64,000 bases of DNA from Malacoraja senta (lineage: Eukaryota): positions 4,216,001-4,280,000 of the forward strand of contig CM075988.1 of NCBI GenBank assembly GCA_038087875.1. Direction: 5' to 3'. A model generated the notes under the pieces. That model searched no databases, had not been told where the DNA came from, and saw only the letters and a program-made list of their open reading frames with translations. How positions within the stretch are numbered: position 1 is the stretch's first letter; the number at the start of each line of letters is the position of its first letter. The position numbers were made by a program, and so were the translations under genes. Of this stretch, positions 1-11,840 are shown in pieces.

Positions 1-92
1 GACACAAAATGCTGGAGTAACTCAGTGGGACAGGCAGCATCTCTGGAGAGAAAGAATGGGTGACGTTTTGGGTCGAGACATTTCTTCAGACT
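1..92 (-). mobile_element. Penelope-like element (PLE) terminal-repeat fragment with degenerate minimal hammerhead motif
   Basis: Reverse complement reads agtCTGAAGAaatgtctcgacccaAAACGTCacccattc...gagttactccagcattttgtgtc, the same tail that follows the GIY-YIG C-terminus at 47239-47720. Confidence 0.7.
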
Positions 93-344
93 GATCTGAC
101 CTATATCATCTGGTTCTTATTTCCCCTGCTCTTGTGCATTTACGCTATCTATTCCTCTTATGATCATGTGCACCTCTATATATAATCACCCCTCATCTTC
201 CTCCTCTACACATCCAAGCTACATAACCACAGACCCAGAATAAAAAACACATAGCCAGCAAAACATATTTAATACTTCCAATGATGACAGAACTCACTCA
301 CCAACGAAGCACCCTGGACAATCATTGTTGGACATGTGCCATTC

Positions 345-1125
345 CTTAGGTCATAATGTCATAAGGTCATAAGTGATAGGAGCAGAATTAGGCCATTTGG
401 CCCATCAAGTCTACGCCATTCAATCATGACTGATCTATCTGTCCCTCCTAACCCCATTCTCCTGTCTTCTCCCCATAACACCTGACACCCATACTAATCA
501 AGAATCTATCTATCTCTGCCTTTAAAATATCCATTGACTTGGCCTCCACAGTCTTCTGTTGCAAACAATTCTACAGATTCACCACCCTCTGACTAAAAAA
601 ATCATCCTCATCTCCTTCCTAAAGGTACATCATAGAGTGAAAGAGTGTAGAAATCGACCCTTCAGCCCAGCTTGCCCACACTGGCCAATATGTGCCAGCT
701 ACACTGGTCCCACCTGCCCGCGTTTGGTCCATATCCCTCCAAACCCGTCTTATCCATGTACCTGTCGAACTGTTTCTTAAATGTTGGGATAGTCCCTGCC
801 TCAACTACCTCCTCTGGCAGCTTGTTCCATACACCCACCACCCTACGTGTGAAAAAGTTACCCCTCAGATTTCTATTAAATCTTTTCCCCTTATCCTTGA
901 ACCTATGTCCTCTGGTACTCGATTCACCTACTCTGGGCACGTGACTGTGTGCATCTAATGTCCTTTAATTCTGAGGCTGTGACCTCTGGTCCTAGACTCT
1001 CCAACTAGTGGAAACATCGTCTCTACATCCACTCTATCCAAGTCTTTCACTATTCGGTAAGTATCAATGAGGTCACCGTCACCCTTGTAAACTCCAGCGA
1101 ATATGGGCCCAGTGTTGTCAAACGC
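345..1125 (-). mobile_element. CR1-type (HER1-like) LINE 3' fragments, two subfamilies nested
   Basis: Minus-strand translations with CR1 ORF2 C-terminal motifs (TRGHSL/TRGHRF, NFFTRRVVGVWNKLPEEVV) and a short-repeat tail at about 345-375. Confidence 0.85.
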
Positions 1126-1378
1126 TCCAGAGGACACCCAGACAGTCACAGGGAGAATGTGCACATTTCTCACAGACAGTACCGGAGGTCAGAATTGAAC
1201 CCGAGTCTCTGGTGCTGTGAGGCAGCAGCTCTACCAAGTGCCTCCAGCTGTTGTTATATATTTTAAGGTTCCATATATCACTGGGAAGGCTCTCATTTAA
1301 TGCTATTCCCATTGCCCTTGAGAAGATGGTGGTAAATCACCTTTGGAATCATTGCAGTCATTAGGAGAAGGTGCTTTA

Positions 1379-1947
1379 AGGACCTCTCCCACTTAGGCGA
1401 TTTTTTAGGTGACTACAGGCGACTAGGCTGTCGCCAGATTGTCGCCGGGTTGTTGCCTGTATGGTCTCCTCAGTCGCCCAAAGAGTCGTACCTTTTCCTG
1501 GTGGCCGGTGGATTTTGAAATGTCTAAAACCTTTCGGCGACGGTCGCCGCCCGTGGGCTTGACGCCAACGATCGTTAGCCTGACGTAGTGCTATCGCCAG
1601 GATGACGTGGGTTGTCGCCGGTGGTGACTTCAGCAAATTCCATTGGAGACTGCCGACATCAACCGGCGACAGGTACCGGCGACTGAATTGTTTTATCTTA
1701 TCGTAGCTTATCGCGGATGGATGTAGGTTGTCGTAAGTCTGGTCGTAGGTGGATGTCCTAATGGGTCGCCGGTTGTCGGTAGCTTTGGGCGACTGAGGAG
1801 ACCATACAGGCATGACGTCAACGACGTGGTAGGTTTTTGTAAAGATTGTCATAGACATTGTCGTAGGGGGGTCCAGTTGCCGGTTTTTGAGCAACCTGCT
1901 ACGACTATGACAGTCGCTGAAAAAATCGCCTAAGTGGGACAGGCCCA
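1379..1947. mobile_element. PIF/Harbinger-type MITE (non-autonomous DNA transposon)
   Basis: About 28-bp terminal inverted repeats (aggacctctcccacttaggcgatttttt / aaaaaatcgcctaagtgggacaggccca), TTA duplicated at 1376-1378 and 1948-1950, interior built of gtcgcc/gtcgtagg motifs, no transposase. Confidence 0.85.
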
Positions 1948-2064
1948 TTAATATGATACTGATTAGAAGCCCTGGGGAATGTAAAATTGTAGGTGCATCT
2001 AAAAGCACAGAGTGTTCTAACTCAGTGGCCTGCGATTTTAGCGTCCTTGGAGTGTGGGCTTCAG

Positions 2065-2554
2065 TGAAGTTTAGTTCCGTTTATTATTGTCATGTGTTCC
2101 AAGGTACAGTGAAAAGTTTTTTGTTGCTTGCTGTCCAGTCAGTGGAAAGACTATACATGATTACAATCAAGCTGTCCACAGTGTACAGATACAAGATAAA
2201 TGGTTTAATGCAAGATAAAATCCAGTAAAGTCCGATTGAAGATTGTTGGAAGGTCTCCAATGAGGTAAATGGGAGGTCTGGACTGCTTTCTCAGTGTTGG
2301 TAAGATGGTTCAGTTGCCTGTTAACAGCTTGGAAAAAACTGTCCCTGAATCTGGAGGTGTGGATTTCCAAACATCTGTACCTCTTGCCTGATGTCCAAAA
2401 AGCCTCCAACATTATAAAGGACTCCTCCCACCCCTCCCATGGACTCTTTGCCCCTCTGCATGAGGTACCGGAGCATCAAGGCCAGCACCACCAGGATGTG
2501 CAACAGCTTCTTCCCCCTGGCTGTTAGAATGATGAACATCCTGCCCTCCCCCCA

Positions 2555-2606
<52 letters not shown>

Positions 2607-2830
2607 CTCACCTAAAACACACGCATGCGCTACACTGACACTTTATATCAATATAAACCACCATGCACCTTGCACCTCAGCCCCGTGACCAACGACATTT
2701 CGTTCAAATCTATACCTGTATGTTCGAATGACAAATACCTAATTATTAAAACATTTTTTTTTTAATGGGAGAAGGAAGAAGAGGGAATGACCGGGGTGAG
2801 ATTTGTCACTGATTATGCTGGTGGCCTGGA
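2065..2830. mobile_element. Rex-Babar-type LINE 3' fragments (minus copy interrupted by a plus copy carrying (CA)n)
   Basis: GKRYRCLEIHTSRFRDSFFQAVNRQLN on minus; KASNIIKDSSHPSHGLFAPL on plus; (CA)n at about 2555-2603. Confidence 0.75.
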
Positions 2831-2869
2831 GGTAGCATAAAGTCAGAATGTTTTACATCCGTATCAGAG

Positions 2870-4375
2870 GGATGTAATGTTGAGGCTCTATAATGCGCTG
2901 GTCAGGCAGCATTTGGAATATTGTGAGCAATATTAGGCACCATATCTGAGGAAGGATGTGCCGACTCTGGAGGGGGTCCAGAGGAGGTTTACAAGAATTA
3001 TCCCAGGAATGAGTTGTTTAACCTATGATGAGCGTTTGTGTGCACTGGGCCTGTACTTGCTGGAGTTTAGAAGAATGAGGGGAGACCGCATTGAAAGGCT
3101 TGGATAGAGTGGATGCGGAGGGGATGTTTCCACTAGTGGGAGTATCTGTAATTATGCTCCTACAGCTTACCCCCTTAGTCGAGTTCAGTAAAGCACTGAG
3201 TCAAGCACTGGATTAACTAACTCTTTATTCTCACTCACAAATGAACTTCCTATACGATACCTAACCAACACCGCGGGTCCGATCTTTGTCTCTACTCGTC
3301 CAAGCACTTCAGCCTCGTGTGAATAGACACCTCCAGACAGTCAACACAGTCCCAAGTGCACGTCCAGAAGATCGGCTCCTATCCATGTGGTGTCTCCTCT
3401 TTTATATTGTATCAGGCACGTGGCGCGAAAATACATGGGGGCGGGGGGGGGGGGTGTGGCAGCCCCTACAAGCCAATCACAAATAAAGATCATATAATAC
3501 ATTTATTGACAGCTCCCTAACCCAATCACAAAGTACCCCATTATATTGTTTCCACAGAAGGTTCTAGTTGGAAGACAGTTCACCAAAGTAAAGAAACATT
3601 TCCCCAGGTTGTATAAACAATTTGAACAAGGCTCCATACTTTAACCAATCACAAGATAACAGCACAAACACTCTGCAACATAATTAACAATACTTTTTAC
3701 ACCCCATCCTATAACCAATCCTAATCCTGCATTTGCAACCCTGCTCAGCTCTTTATGCAAAACCCTCATACATATTAACAATAGGGAGGACATCTGGACC
3801 TCACCTTATCCTCAACTTCCTCCCAGGATCCAGACTCCTTGGAGCCATGACTCATAGCCCTTTTGCAGAAAGAGGACAAGAAGGCTTTGCAAATGCAGAG
3901 ATTCTCCATTTTGTGACATGTTTTACTTGGCCAATATTATCAAATCTAGGACGTTTGTTTTGTTTTGTAGTCAATGCCTACTATGTTCTGTTGTGCTGAA
4001 GCAAAGCAAGAATTTCATTGTCCTATCAGGGATACATGACAATAAACTCACTTGAACTTGAACTTGAACTAGAGGTCATAGCCTCAGGATGTTTTTTTAG
4101 GAAGAAGACGTGGAGAATTTTCTTTAATCAGAGGGTGGTGAATCTGTGGAATTCTTTGCCACTGAAGGCTGTGGAGGCCAAGTCAATTGATATTTTTAAG
4201 GCAGAGATAGACAGATTCTTGATTAGTACATGTGTCAGGGGTTATGGGGAGAAGGCAGGAGAATGGGGTTAGGATGGAGAGATAGATCAGCCGTGATTGA
4301 ATGGCGGAGTAGACTTGATTGGCCGAATGGCCTAATTCTACTCCTATCACTTATGTCCTTACGACCTTACGACCT
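2870..4375 (+). mobile_element. CR1 LINE 3' region interrupted by a solo LTR and a short LINE tail
   Basis: CR1 motifs on both sides of the insertions (FFNQRVVNLWNSLPLKAVEAKS), (gacctta)n tail at about 4355-4376. Confidence 0.85.
3147..3942 (-). mobile_element. Solo LTR (ERV or Gypsy-type), 796 bp
   Basis: TG...CA ends with a short inverted repeat (tgtaat / attatca), 4-bp TSD tatc/aatc (1 mismatch), minus-strand TATA (about 3400-3408) upstream of AATAAA (about 3224-3229), four ccaatc boxes; splits a CR1 whose sequence resumes on the far side. Confidence 0.75.
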
Positions 4376-4633
4376 TTAGCACGGTGTCCTGTTTCTATGG
4401 TATTCATACGTGTGAACCTTGTTGAAGTTAGTGTTGGTGACATGATTAAGTAAATTAATTAAATAAAATAAATACTCAAAGATAGTCATGGTATGCCAGT
4501 TAATACACTGCAGATGTGGTGCGTGTGAACTAGTGGAAAACATTGGAATCCTTGGTGACCACATCTGTAACAAGTGGTTATAACATGTAAGATGGTTCAG
4601 TTGCCTGATAACAGCTGGGAACATAAAGAACAT

Positions 4634-5005
4634 AAGTAACCCTTTCCCCCCTTGTCTCTCCCTCCCTCCCCGACCTACAGGTAAGTCGTACCAGCTTCAA
4701 AGTCGTCTTGTTGAGTCTCATTGTTGGTACTTGTATTCACCCAGCCCACAGCTAACAATGGCCTGTTTCCTTTATCATCGTTACTTTTTTACATATCTTT
4801 CATTCATCTGTTTTATATCTCACTACATCACTGTCTATATCTCTCGTTTCCCTTTCCTCTGACTCTCAGTGTGAAGAAGGGTCTCCACTGAAACATCACC
4901 TATTCCTTTTCTCCAGAGATGCTATCTGACCCGCTGAGTTACTCCAGCTTTTTGTGTCTATGTCTATCTTCAGTTTAAACCATCATCTACAGTTCCTTCC
5001 TGCAC
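4634..5005 (+). mobile_element. PLE 3' end / pseudo-LTR with degenerate hammerhead motif
   Basis: Colinear with 47390-47720; gtgaagaagggtctccactgaaacatcacc at about 4871-4900. Confidence 0.75.
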
Positions 5006-5183
5006 GTAATATAAGCCTTCGGGTAGGAATTGATGAGCTGGAGTCTGAGACATGGACATTGCGATGGATGGGAGTGGATGAATGATACCCAGACATGCTA
5101 TTGCATGAGCCAAGCAGATCACTTAGATTAACTATGAAGGAATTTGTCGGTTAGATGGATAGGGCGATTATGTCGATGAGTGA

Positions 5184-5401
5184 AGGTTGAAAAAAATGCT
5201 GGAGAAACTCAGCGGGTGAGGCGGCATCTATGGAGCGAAGGAATAGGTGACGTTTGGGGTCGAGACCCAGTCAGAAGAAGGATCTCAACCTGAAATGCCA
5301 CCTATTCCTTCACTCCATATATGCTGCCTCACCCGCTGACTTTCTCCAGCATTTTTGTCTACCTTCGATTTTTCCAGCATCTGCAGTTCTTTCTTAAACA
5401 A
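5184..5401. mobile_element. PLE-derived inverted (hairpin) mini-element
   Basis: Two inverted copies of the PLE tail; TSD gtcgatgagtga (5172-5183) / gtcgatgtgtga (5402-5413). Confidence 0.8.
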
Positions 5402-6889
5402 GTCGATGTGTGAGGTGGCTATGGAGATCCAGAGGAACTGTTGCAGCACCTTCAGCCCTTATACTTGATCCACACGTGCAAGATAGTTGGCCATCTGTGG
5501 AGACCTTTTCAGAGCCTGCAGGACAATGACCAATGTGACCAGAGCACCAGAGAATGGGACACCAAGCTGAGGGACTGAATAGCAAGGTTACCATAACTGT
5601 AGCGAATACAGTAACAAGGAGCGATAGTCTTCTCTTTCATTATGAGAGCGAGCCCTTAGGGGTGTGTTGACTATTTGGTGCCAAGAGTAAAGACACCACC
5701 TTGGGCCTGTGGAGGAACTTGGAGTATGGGGAGGATCCAGTTGCCATGTGGAAATTAATGATAAAAGATAGACAAGGAAGAAGGTTCTCCTGGAAGAATA
5801 TGAATGGGAAGGTTCAAGTATTAAAGCGGAGCTACTAAGGGTGATGATCTTTGGATTACAACCCAAGCCAAAATTGTGGTATAGTGTCAGGCAGATCAGA
5901 TGACTGGATAGAGACACAACATGCTGGAGTAACTCAGTGGGACAGGCAGCATCACTGGAGAGAAGGAATGGGTGACTTTTTGGATAGAGATCCTTCTTTG
6001 GACCAGTTGGTCTGACTGGATACCAGTTGAAAGTTTGAGGTAGGCGTAATGGTCTCCAATTCATTGGAAGCATGGGCTGTTTCATAGGGACAGGCTTTAC
6101 AAATATCGAGCTGGTTCCAGAGGCAGCAGCTCTCCCAGCGTCACAGTGGGCAGAGCCGCTACCTCATCGCGCCAGAGACCCGGGTTAGATCCTGACCTCG
6201 GGTGCTGTCTGCGTGGAGTTTGCAAGTTTTCCCTGTGCCTGCATGGGACGGGTGCTCCGGTTTCTACCCACATCCCAAAGGCATGCGGGTCTGAGGGGTT
6301 AATTGGCCTCTGTAAATTGTCCCCAGTGTGTAGGGAGTGGATGGAAAAAGTGGGATAACGTAGAACTAGTGTGAACGGATGATCGATGGTCGGTGTGGAC
6401 TCGATGGGCCAAAGGACCTGTTTCCATGCTGTTTATCAAACAGCCAGGATTGTTCACCTCTCGTTTAAACTAAATTGTAGATGTGGTTCCTGGTGACGAG
6501 ACACTTTGTAAATTCATGAGAAAGCACATGTTGTTGGTGTAAGATGGTTTAATGATTGATAACTAAAGTCTGTCAGGAAGCGAGAGAACATACAAACATA
6601 TCTGATTAGAGACAGAGCGGGGAACAATAATAAACAGATGAAATTGCGCTTTACCTGAATGCACACAGCAATTGTAATACGGTACGTGAACTAATGGAAC
6701 AGATAGACGTGAATAGACACAATCTAACAGTTATTACAGAGACATGTTTGCAAAGTGACCATAGCTGGGAATTAAATATCCAGGATATCGAACATTTAGG
6801 ACACAGAGGCAAAATGCACAAGCAATGGATTACGCTTGATTTTTTGGGGTACTACCCATGCCAAAAACACTTATATATGGTCAGGAAAT

Positions 6890-7372
6890 CGCATCCCACA
6901 AGAAATTGCGGCAAATTGTGGACGCAGCCCAGACCATCACACACACTGACCTCCCTTCTATTGACTCCATTTATACCTCAAGCTGCCACGGCAAGGCCAG
7001 TAGCACAATAGATTCGCACCCTGGCCACTCCCCCTTCTCCCCTCTCCAATCGGGCAAAAGTTATAGAAGTGTGAATATGCACACCTCCAGATTCAGGGAC
7101 AGTTTCTTGTTATCAGGCAACTGAATCATCCTACCACACAGCCAGAGAGCAGTGCTGAACTACTATCTACCTCTTTGGTGACCCTCAGACCACACTTGAT
7201 CGGTCTTTGCTGGCTTTACCTTGCACTAAATGTTATTCGTTTATCATGTATCTGTACACTGTAAATGGCTCGATTGTAATCATGTATTGTCTTTCCGCTG
7301 ACTGGACAACATGCAACAAAAGCTTTTCACTGTACCTCGGTACAAGTGACAATAAACTAAACTGAAACTGAA
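6890..7372 (+). mobile_element. Rex-Babar-type LINE 3' end
   Basis: KLRQIVDAAQTITHTDLPSIDSIY...HPGHSPFSPLQSGKSYRSVNMHTSRFRDSF, then gtgacaataaa and a short-repeat tail. Confidence 0.8.
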
Positions 7373-7789
7373 GAAGATCAGATGATGTTCAAAGGTTGAT
7401 GTGGGAGGTATGGTCTCAAGTCATGGGAAGCAGGGGGTGTATCATAGGGACGGGCTTTAAAAGGATACAGCTGATTGCAGAGGCAGCACTGGATGATGTC
7501 AGTAATGATGGACCTTGGCTAAGTAAAGCGAGAAGTAGAATCAATAGGGGTGGATCTAAGAACCAACAAGGAGCAGAAAACATTGGTGGAGTTGACTTCT
7601 GGCCCACAGATATTAATGGCAATTTAGTTGCATTTAACTAGAGTAATACAATTGTTATGGTGTGTTTCAATCTGGATATGGACTGGATAACTAGGTTAGT
7701 AGTTATGGTGTAGTGAGTTAGTTCATGGAATAGGTTAGAGATGATTTTACAGGTCAGTATGATGAGGAGTCAGCAATGTTTAGTATAGT

Positions 7790-8080
7790 TAATTTAGTTT
7801 AGTTTAGAGATACAGGCCCTTTGGCCCACCGAGTCCGCAACGACCAGCGATCCCCACACATTAACACTATCCTGCACACACTAGGGACAATTTACACATA
7901 CACCAAGCCAATTAACATACAAACCTGTACGTGCTTGGAGTGTGGGAGGAAACCGAAAATCTCAGAGAAAAAAAAAGCGGTCATGGGAAGAACGTACAGA
8001 CTCCGTACAGATATAGTCGGGATCGAACCCGGGTCTCCGGTGTTGCAAGGGCTGTAAGGCAGCAACTCTACTGCTGCACA
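7790..8080 (-). mobile_element. HE1-like tRNA-derived SINE
   Basis: B box (gggttcgatccc on minus), conserved central domain, (ctaaa)n tail. Confidence 0.85.
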
Positions 8081-9834
8081 ACAATGGAACAGGCCAAATC
8101 ACCTGCAGTGAGAAAGAGTAATATTAAGATTGAAGGTAAGGAGGCATGAGGTGTGAAGTTGGTGTGGTGGAGGCAGCAAGGAAAGGTTTGACAACAAACT
8201 AACTTCCAAAATATCTAATAAAGAGTTTACAAGTGATATATATCCCTTTGGGCAAATAAATAAAAACATGAAAGGTGATTCAGCCATGGCTACCAATCAA
8301 ATATAAAGGTAGCATTGGATCAAAGAAAAAGAATGCTGGCAGCAAAAGCAGAAAACTGGAGAATTGGAAACACTCAGAGCAGACTGAGCAGAAAAGCAAA
8401 AGGTAGAGGAGGCAAGAGAGGAAGATGAAAATAGATGATGAGAATTCTAAAGATATACGTAAAAAAAGAAAAGATCACAAAGATTAATGTGGGTCCCTAA
8501 AAACCGAGACATTATATCAGTTTAGTGGAGAAACAATGAAAAGTATTATTAAGGAAAAGATAGCGGGTCACTTTCCAATAATAAGATTGGACAAAGTCAA
8601 TGGAGCCAGAGTCAAATCAGAGTCAGATTTCTGAATGGAAAGCTGCATTTTTCATATCATTTGGAGATTTTTTTAGGGGTTGCAGAAAGCAGCATGGATA
8701 ACAGCATGGATAACATCAATGGATTTGGTGTGGTGGAATTTTGACAAGGCTTTCAATAAAATGGAAGAAAAGATAATTAGAGTGATTAGCATTGGGGACA
8801 ATATACTGGTCATAGCGTGGAAACAGGCTTTTAGCCTAACTTGCCCACACCGACCAACATGTCCCATCCACACTAGTCCCACCTATCTGCTTTGGCCCAT
8901 ATCCCTCTAGACCTTACCTATCCATGCACCTGCCTAATTGCTTCTTAAACGTTGTGATAATCCCTTGCCCAACTAACTTCTCCGGCAACTTGTTCCATAC
9001 ACCCACCACCCTTTGTGGAAAAAAAAACGTTACCCCTCAGATTCCTAAAAAACCTTTCCCCCTTCACCTTAAATGTATGCCCTCTGGTTCTTGATTCCCC
9101 TACTCTGGGCAAGAGAATCAGGTGTGCCATGGTATTGGCTAATGGATGGAAAACAGAGAATAGGAAATAAAAAGGGTTAATTTTTTATTTTAAAAAAGGG
9201 TTATAAATACCCTTATAAAAAGGGTTATAAAAAAAGGGTTATAAAAATAAAGAGTTATGGCGTGCCACAGGGGTTGGTGATGGGGCTCCAGCTATTCACC
9301 ATGACTTGGACGAGAAGATTAAGTATAATATATCCAGGATTGCTGACATCACAAAGATGGATGATAGTGTGGACTGTACAGTGGATGCAGAGGAAACTCG
9401 GGGGGGGGGGGGGGCAGTGACAGGCTAAGCAAAGGACTAACAAGATGTCAGATGGAATATTATGTGGAAGATGTGAAGGATTCTTCCTTTGTAGAAACAA
9501 TTAAAAGGTGATTTATTATTAAATAGCAAGGGATTCGGCACGGACTTGAAGGGCTGAGATGGCCTGTTTCCGTGCTGTAATGGTTATATGGACTGAAAGG
9601 CATTGAGTAGCTCAATACCACAACCAACAATCTGTAGCATCCTTTGCTCTGGTATTTTAATTAATTCACATGTTTAATCAATAATGTTTTATTATTAATG
9701 TTTAATGTTCTATGTGTCATTCTTAACTGTCACTATATGTCATATTGTCACTTGTGGGCGGAGCACCAAGGCAAATTCCTTGCATGTGAATACTTGGCCA
9801 ATAAACTTATTCATTCATTCATTCATTCATTCAT

Positions 9835-10680
9835 TTATTCATCCTCATCGCAGCTCACACTGTCACCAAGCTTTGTGTCATCCGCAAACTCGGAGATGTC
9901 ACATTTAATTCCCTCATCTAAATCGTTAATATATATTGTAAATAACTGACGTTCCAGCACTGAGCGTTGTGGCTCCCCAATAATCACTGCCTGCCATTCT
10001 GAAAACGACCCCTTTATTCCTACTCTTTTCTTCCTGTCTGCCAACCAGTTCTCTATCCATGTCAATACCCTACCCCCAATACCATGTGCTCTCATTTTGC
10101 ACACTAATCTCTTGTGTGGGGCCTTGTCAAAGGCTTTTTGAAAGTCTAGATACACCACGTGACTGGCTCGCCCTTATCCATTCTACTTGTTACATCCTCA
10201 TAAAATTCCAGAAGATTAGTCAAGCATGATTTCCCCTTCACAAATCCATGCTGACTTTGAACGATACTGTCTGCTTTCCAAATGCGCTGCTATAACATCT
10301 TTAACAAGCATCTTCCCCACTACCGATGTAAAGCTAACGGATCTATGATTCCCCGTTTTCTCTCTCCCTCCTTTCTTAAAAAGTGGGGTTACATTGTCTA
10401 CCCTCCAGTCCACAGGAACTGATCCAGTCGAGAGAACACTGGAAAATGATCACCGATGCATCCATGATTTCTAGAGCCACCTCCAAAGTGCTGATTTAAC
10501 TGTTCTGCCATTTCTTTGTTTCCCATTATAAATTCACCTGTCTCTGATTGTAAGGGACCTACATTTGTCTTCACTAATTGTTTTCCTTTTTACATATCTA
10601 AAGAAGCTTTTAGAGGAAGTTTTTATATTCCCTGCAAGCTTTCTTTCATACTCTTTTTTCCCCTTAATTAACCCTGTTGA
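9835..10680 (-). mobile_element. CR1 LINE RT fragment
   Basis: DWRVDNVTPLFKKGGREKTGNHRSVSFTSVVGK, YLDFQKAFDK, FTIYINDLD, FADDTKL. Confidence 0.9.
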
Positions 10681-10859
10681 CCTCCTCTGTTGATTATGAG
10701 AGGGTGCTGGATGTCCTTGTTCACAAATACTGGAGGATAACATGGAGCACTTAAAAAGGCAGATCCAATGTTGGCATTTATTGGAGGATTCAAGTACGAG
10801 GAGGGTTATTTTGCTACAAATGCACTGGAATGTACTGCCTTTGAGAAAATGTGAGCTTG

Positions 10860-11160
10860 GGTTTAGTTAAGTTTAGTTTAGTTTCAAGAAACAGCATGGG
10901 AACAGGCCCTTCGGCCTATCGAGTTCACAGCGATCAATGATCACCCGTTCATTAGTTCTATCCTACACACTAGGGACAATTAACCTACAACCCTGTGCAT
11001 CTTTGAAAGATGGGAGGTAACCAGAGCACTCAGAGGAAACCCAAGTGGTCAGTGGGAGAACGTACAAACTCCACATAGACAGCACCGTAGGCCGGATTGA
11101 ACCCGGGTCTCTGACGCTGTAAGGCAGCAGCTCTACCACTGCGCCACCGTGCCGCCCCGG
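10860..11160 (-). mobile_element. HE1-like tRNA-derived SINE
   Basis: Head gggcggcacggtggcgcagtggtagag with A/B boxes on minus, (ctaaa)n tail. Confidence 0.85.
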
Positions 11161-11425
11161 GTCATTGACAGCATTTACGAAATGTCTTGAGGAATATTTG
11201 AATTGCCATGGGCAACATGTGGGCAATAGGAGAGTTGCAGGGATGAATCTTGCCAAATGGCCTGTCTCCTTGCTCTACGATTCTATGAATTTACATTGAT
11301 CGTTGAAAGAAGAACTGGAATATTATATGTAAGAGGGAACTGCAGTTGCTAGTTTACACTGAAGATAGACACAAAAAGCTGGAGTAACTCAGTGGGTCAG
11401 GCAGCATCTCTCGAGAAAAGGAATA

Positions 11426-11458
11426 GGTGACGTTTCGAGTCGAGACCCTTCTTCAGGC
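11426..11458 (-). ncRNA. Minimal type I hammerhead ribozyme motif in a PLE tail
   Basis: Minus strand: gcCTGAAGAagggtctcgactcGAAACGTCacc; host insert 11327-11458 flanked by an aatattat duplication. Confidence 0.55.
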
Positions 11459-11840
11459 AATATTATGTTGAAAATTTGGCATTCTACCTGAGTGACAGAA
11501 TGAAGGGTCTCCAGCTTAACCTGTGTGTTCTTTTGCCTTGTTATGTGAGGCGAGATAAGGGGAATAGGCCAATCCTGCCTGGAGTTTAGAAGAATGATTT
11601 AAGGCTTGGATTGGGTGGATGTGGAGAGGATGTTTCCACTGGTGGGAGAGACTAGGACTAGCGGTCATAGCCTCAGAATTAAAGGACGTTCTTTTAGGAA
11701 GGAGATGAGGAGGAATTTCATGTCAGAAAGTGGTGAACCTGTGGAATTATTTGCCGCAGAAGGTTGTGGAGGCCAAGTCAGTGGATAGTTTTAAGGCAGA
11801 GATAGATAGATTCTTGATTAGTACGGGTGTCAGAGGTTAT

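Larger units (their letters stand above)
6640..9530 (+). mobile_element. Old, fragmented CR1 LINE (endonuclease to RT remnants) interrupted by younger Rex, SINE and CR1 inserts
   Basis: YLNA.S and ITETCLQSDHSWELNIQ (APE N-terminus) at about 6650-6790; WNFDKAFNK at about 8730-8760; remnant of the GPQLFT motif at about 9280-9300. Confidence 0.6.

Noticed and set aside
1376..2008. 210-aa minus-strand ORF
   Set aside because: Coincides with a GC-rich repetitive MITE interior; no transposase or other domain motifs
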